DNA of 64,000 nt from an uncultured delta proteobacterium (lineage in GTDB: Bacteria; Desulfobacterota; Binatia; UBA9968). Shown piece by piece: positions 61,165 through 64,000 of this stretch. Position numbers and translations under genes: made by a program. The notes under the pieces are model-generated. The model was given only the letters and a program-made list of their open reading frames with translations, was not told the origin of the DNA and made no database searches. The stretch's first letter is position 1; each line of letters begins with the position of its first letter. The stretch spans positions 768,001 to 832,000 of the forward strand of contig CAVUZH010000003.1 in NCBI GenBank assembly GCA_963745835.1. Direction: 5' to 3'.

Positions 61165-62854
61165 ATATTCTAGGAGTTCACATCGGCCACGATAGCAGTG
61201 CCGCTCTCCTCCGCGATGGTCACTTAGTAGCGGATGTTGCGGAGGAGCGATTCACCCGGATCAAACATTATAGCGGGATTCCGTATTCTCCGTGAGCTAC
61301 TGCCTGAAAGCTGGATCACTGGGGATGGAAGACATAGATATACTTGCCGTGTCATCGTCCGATCCCATACCTGAACTGAATTTTCTGTTTGAGATGGAGA
61401 ACGGAGCAAGGGAACGAAAAACCATTCGCTCTCACGCTGCAGATATGTATCGAAGGTATTTCAGCAGCGCTAAGAAGCCGCCAATCTATGTTTCTAAGTT
61501 TCCGTTGAATCGGCAGACTCAGGTTGTTCACGTAGAACATCATCTTGCCCACGCCGCTAGTGCATACTACACGAGCGGGCTGTCGAACACTGAGCGGGCA
61601 CTCATCGTCACGTGTGATGGTGCGGGTGACGGGTTCTCCTTCTGCGTCTGGCGTGGTGAAAATGGACGCATTCAACCGCTTAAGAAGTTCAAGACCGATG
61701 GGTCTATTGGATGGTTTTACAGTAACGTCACCGAGGCACTCGGATGGATCCATGGCGACGGCGAGGGGAAGACGATGGGACTCGCGCCGTATGGCGATTT
61801 CACGAAATGCCGCGGCGTGCTCGATTCGTTTTATCCGAAGTATGCGGCAGGTGAGCTTGTTGAACCACATTCCTTTGGTCCAGGCTACTATTGGAATGAA
61901 ACCGGTAGTATGGAGTTTCATTTCGATGAGGCGGGCGACATACGCACGCTTGTGCAGAAACATGGTGCTGAGAACATTGCTGCAGAAGCGCAACGTGTGC
62001 TCGAAGAGCAGGTGATGGAAGTTATCTTTAATTGGATGGAGAAGGAAAAAACGACCGTGCTATGTACTGCCGGAGGAGTTTTTCTCAATGTGAAGTTGAA
62101 CCAGCGACTCTGGTACTCAGACAAAATCACAAAGCATTGGACGTATCCGAACCCCGGTGATTCGGGTCTGGCAGTCGGTTCTGCCTTGTATGCCCATTAC
62201 CAAAGTGCACCAGACGATCCGATCCATTTGCAAGAGCATTTGTACTGGGGCCCAGAGTATTCGAATGAAGAGGTGGCCACAATCGTGAGGGAACGTTCCC
62301 TCAATGCCAAGTACGTCGAGGACATGGCGGAAGAAGCCGCCAGGTTGTTGGCGCAGAACAAAATTCTCGCATGGTTTCAAGGGAGAATGGAAAGCGGGCC
62401 GCGGGCACTTGGGAATCGATCGATCCTCATGAGCACGGCAAAGAAGGAAAACAAGGACATCATCAACGAACGAGTAAAATATCGGGAAGGGTTCCGACCC
62501 TTCTGTCCCTCCTTGACGATCGAGTCTGCCGAAAACTATCTCGTGCAGTATCGGGCCGAGCCCTTCATGATCACCTCGTTCGATACGACTGAGGGGAAAA
62601 AGGCCCGCGTTCCAGCCGTCGTACATGCTGACGGTACAGCGCGACCCCAAACCGTTCGAAGAGAAATCAATCCTGACTATTGGAAATTGATTACCGAATT
62701 CGGGAAATTGACAGGTGATCCCGTTCTGCTCAATACATCTTTAAACATCAAAGGCGAGCCAATGATTTGCCACCCTCGAGAGGCCATCAGGTGCTTCTAC
62801 GATTCTGGGATCGACTATATGATGATCGGCAACTATCTCTTCTCAAAAGAATGA
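61161..62854 (+). CDS. Carbamoyltransferase (NodU/CmcH/TobZ family), frameshift near 61290
   Basis: TTG 61161 after AAGGAG: NILG..GHDSSAALLRDG..VAEERFTRIK; then EHHLAHAASA, DGAGD, EGKTMGLAPYG, GPRALGNRS, VHADGTARPQ, LLNTSLN. Confidence 0.93.
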
Positions 62855-62872
62855 GAAGGTTCGCTGTCGGAA

Positions 62873-64000
62873 TTGGGACCTGAAGCAAATTTTGCAGGAG
62901 ATTACGATCTGAAAATAGGTGTGGCGGGGCCGATCACTGTTTCGATGCTGCAGTCTCTATTCCCCCTAGGCACGCAACTCCCGGAGACATGGAGTCACCC
63001 GCTGATAGCGACGCTTGTTCAAAGCTTGCATCAGAGAGGTCACGAAGTCGTTGTCTTTGCTCTGTCTGAGCGAGTGCGCAAGACAGAGTTTTTCGTGGGG
63101 AATCGGATTGAGGCTTATATATGTCCGCAGCGCCGGCCGCGATGGCAGATGCTCGACTTTTTCGCGCAAGAGCGGCGAGCGTTAGCAGATGCGATGCGGC
63201 GGTCAGGCTGCGATGTAATTCACTCGCATTGGACATACGAGTTCGGGGCGGCTGCTGTCGAAAGTGGCCTGCCTAATGTTGTTACTGCACATGACAATCC
63301 GTTAGCGGTGCTGCGTTTCGCCACGCATGCGTACTGGCTGGAAAAACCTTTTCTGGCTCCCAGGGTCGTAAGGAAGGCCAAGTATCTCACGGCGGTGTCG
63401 CCGTATATAGCTGATTCGCTACGTCGTTTTCTTAAACCCAGAAGCGAAATCACGGTGATTCCAAGTGGTGTCACCTCCGACGTTTTCGCCCTACATAGCA
63501 GGCGCTCAAGAAACCGATCAGACAGGATCATATTCGGTTCGGTGTCCAATAACTGGGCGGGGACTAAAGAATGGGCGACAACTTGTTAAGGCATTTGGAC
63601 TCCTTCGTAGTAAGCTCGGTGATAATGTTGAGCTCTGGTTATTTGGCGATGAGCACGAGAGCGGAGGTCCAGCTAATGTATGGGCGAAACAGAAATCTCT
63701 CGACACAGGCATTCGTTTTATAGGGCCATACCTTACATGCAGTGTCTTACCACGCTTGCCGAAAGCGTTGATGTCTTGGTACATCCGTCACTCGAAGAGT
63801 CGCAATGTATGGCTGTGATCGAGGCAATGGCGATGGGATTGCCCGTCATTGCTGGTAAGTTCAGCGGTGCGATCCCTGGGTTCTCGCCGAAGGCAAAGCG
63901 GGTATGCTTGTCGATGTCAGGTCGGCAGAGGCTATTGCACACGGTATGCAGACTATGGCCGAGGATGCCGGATTGCGACGAACATTGGCGCTTGCGGGTC
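62873..64000 (+). CDS. Glycosyltransferase family 4, frameshifted and truncated by the window end
   Basis: GHEVVVF, DVIHSHW, VVTAHD, IPSGV, K.G..LVKAF, VHPSLEESQCMAVIEAMAMGLPVI. Confidence 0.85.

Noticed and set aside
1-64000. CRISPR arrays, tRNA/rRNA, transposases, integrases, prophage, exosortase or PEP-CTERM genes
   Set aside because: No periodic repeats or matching motifs noticed by eye; dedicated scans were not run.

Overview
Bacterial chromosomal window; gene style suggests a deltaproteobacteria-like lineage such as Candidatus Binatia (inference only). 1-15.5 kb is housekeeping and metabolic: SDR, Mo-hydroxylase large subunit, CoA-binding protein, alpha/beta hydrolase, PuuD-like amidotransferase, TPR-SLT, CoxG, a GT2/hypothetical/SPL-like radical SAM triad, murI, and an unusually long 1199-aa secA with a 280-aa charged helical segment in its VAR region. 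From 15.5 kb to the window end lies a >48 kb surface-glycan locus. It opens with a regulatory block: a PrsR-like receiver-HTH protein lacking the AAA+ domain and with Asp->Glu at the phospho-site, a soluble histidine kinase, an NtrC-type sigma54 activator, candidate sigma54 promoters and a NusG/RfaH paralog. Then come wza, wzc (extra C-terminal domain), a split priming glycosyltransferase, sugar-modifying enzymes, an adenylation enzyme/ACP/acyltransferase module, and a large set of polyprenol-linked glycosylation parts (3 polyprenol-type GT2, 2 flippase-like proteins, about 5 GT-C membrane proteins), a UGM-like flavoenzyme, a Wzy-like protein and a carbamoyltransferase. Frameshifts and scrambled segments appear only right of about 30 kb, consistent with low-quality long-read consensus or strain mixing in a variable island. 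No rRNA, tRNA, CRISPR or mobile element was recognised. All family calls come from motif recognition by eye, not database searches.
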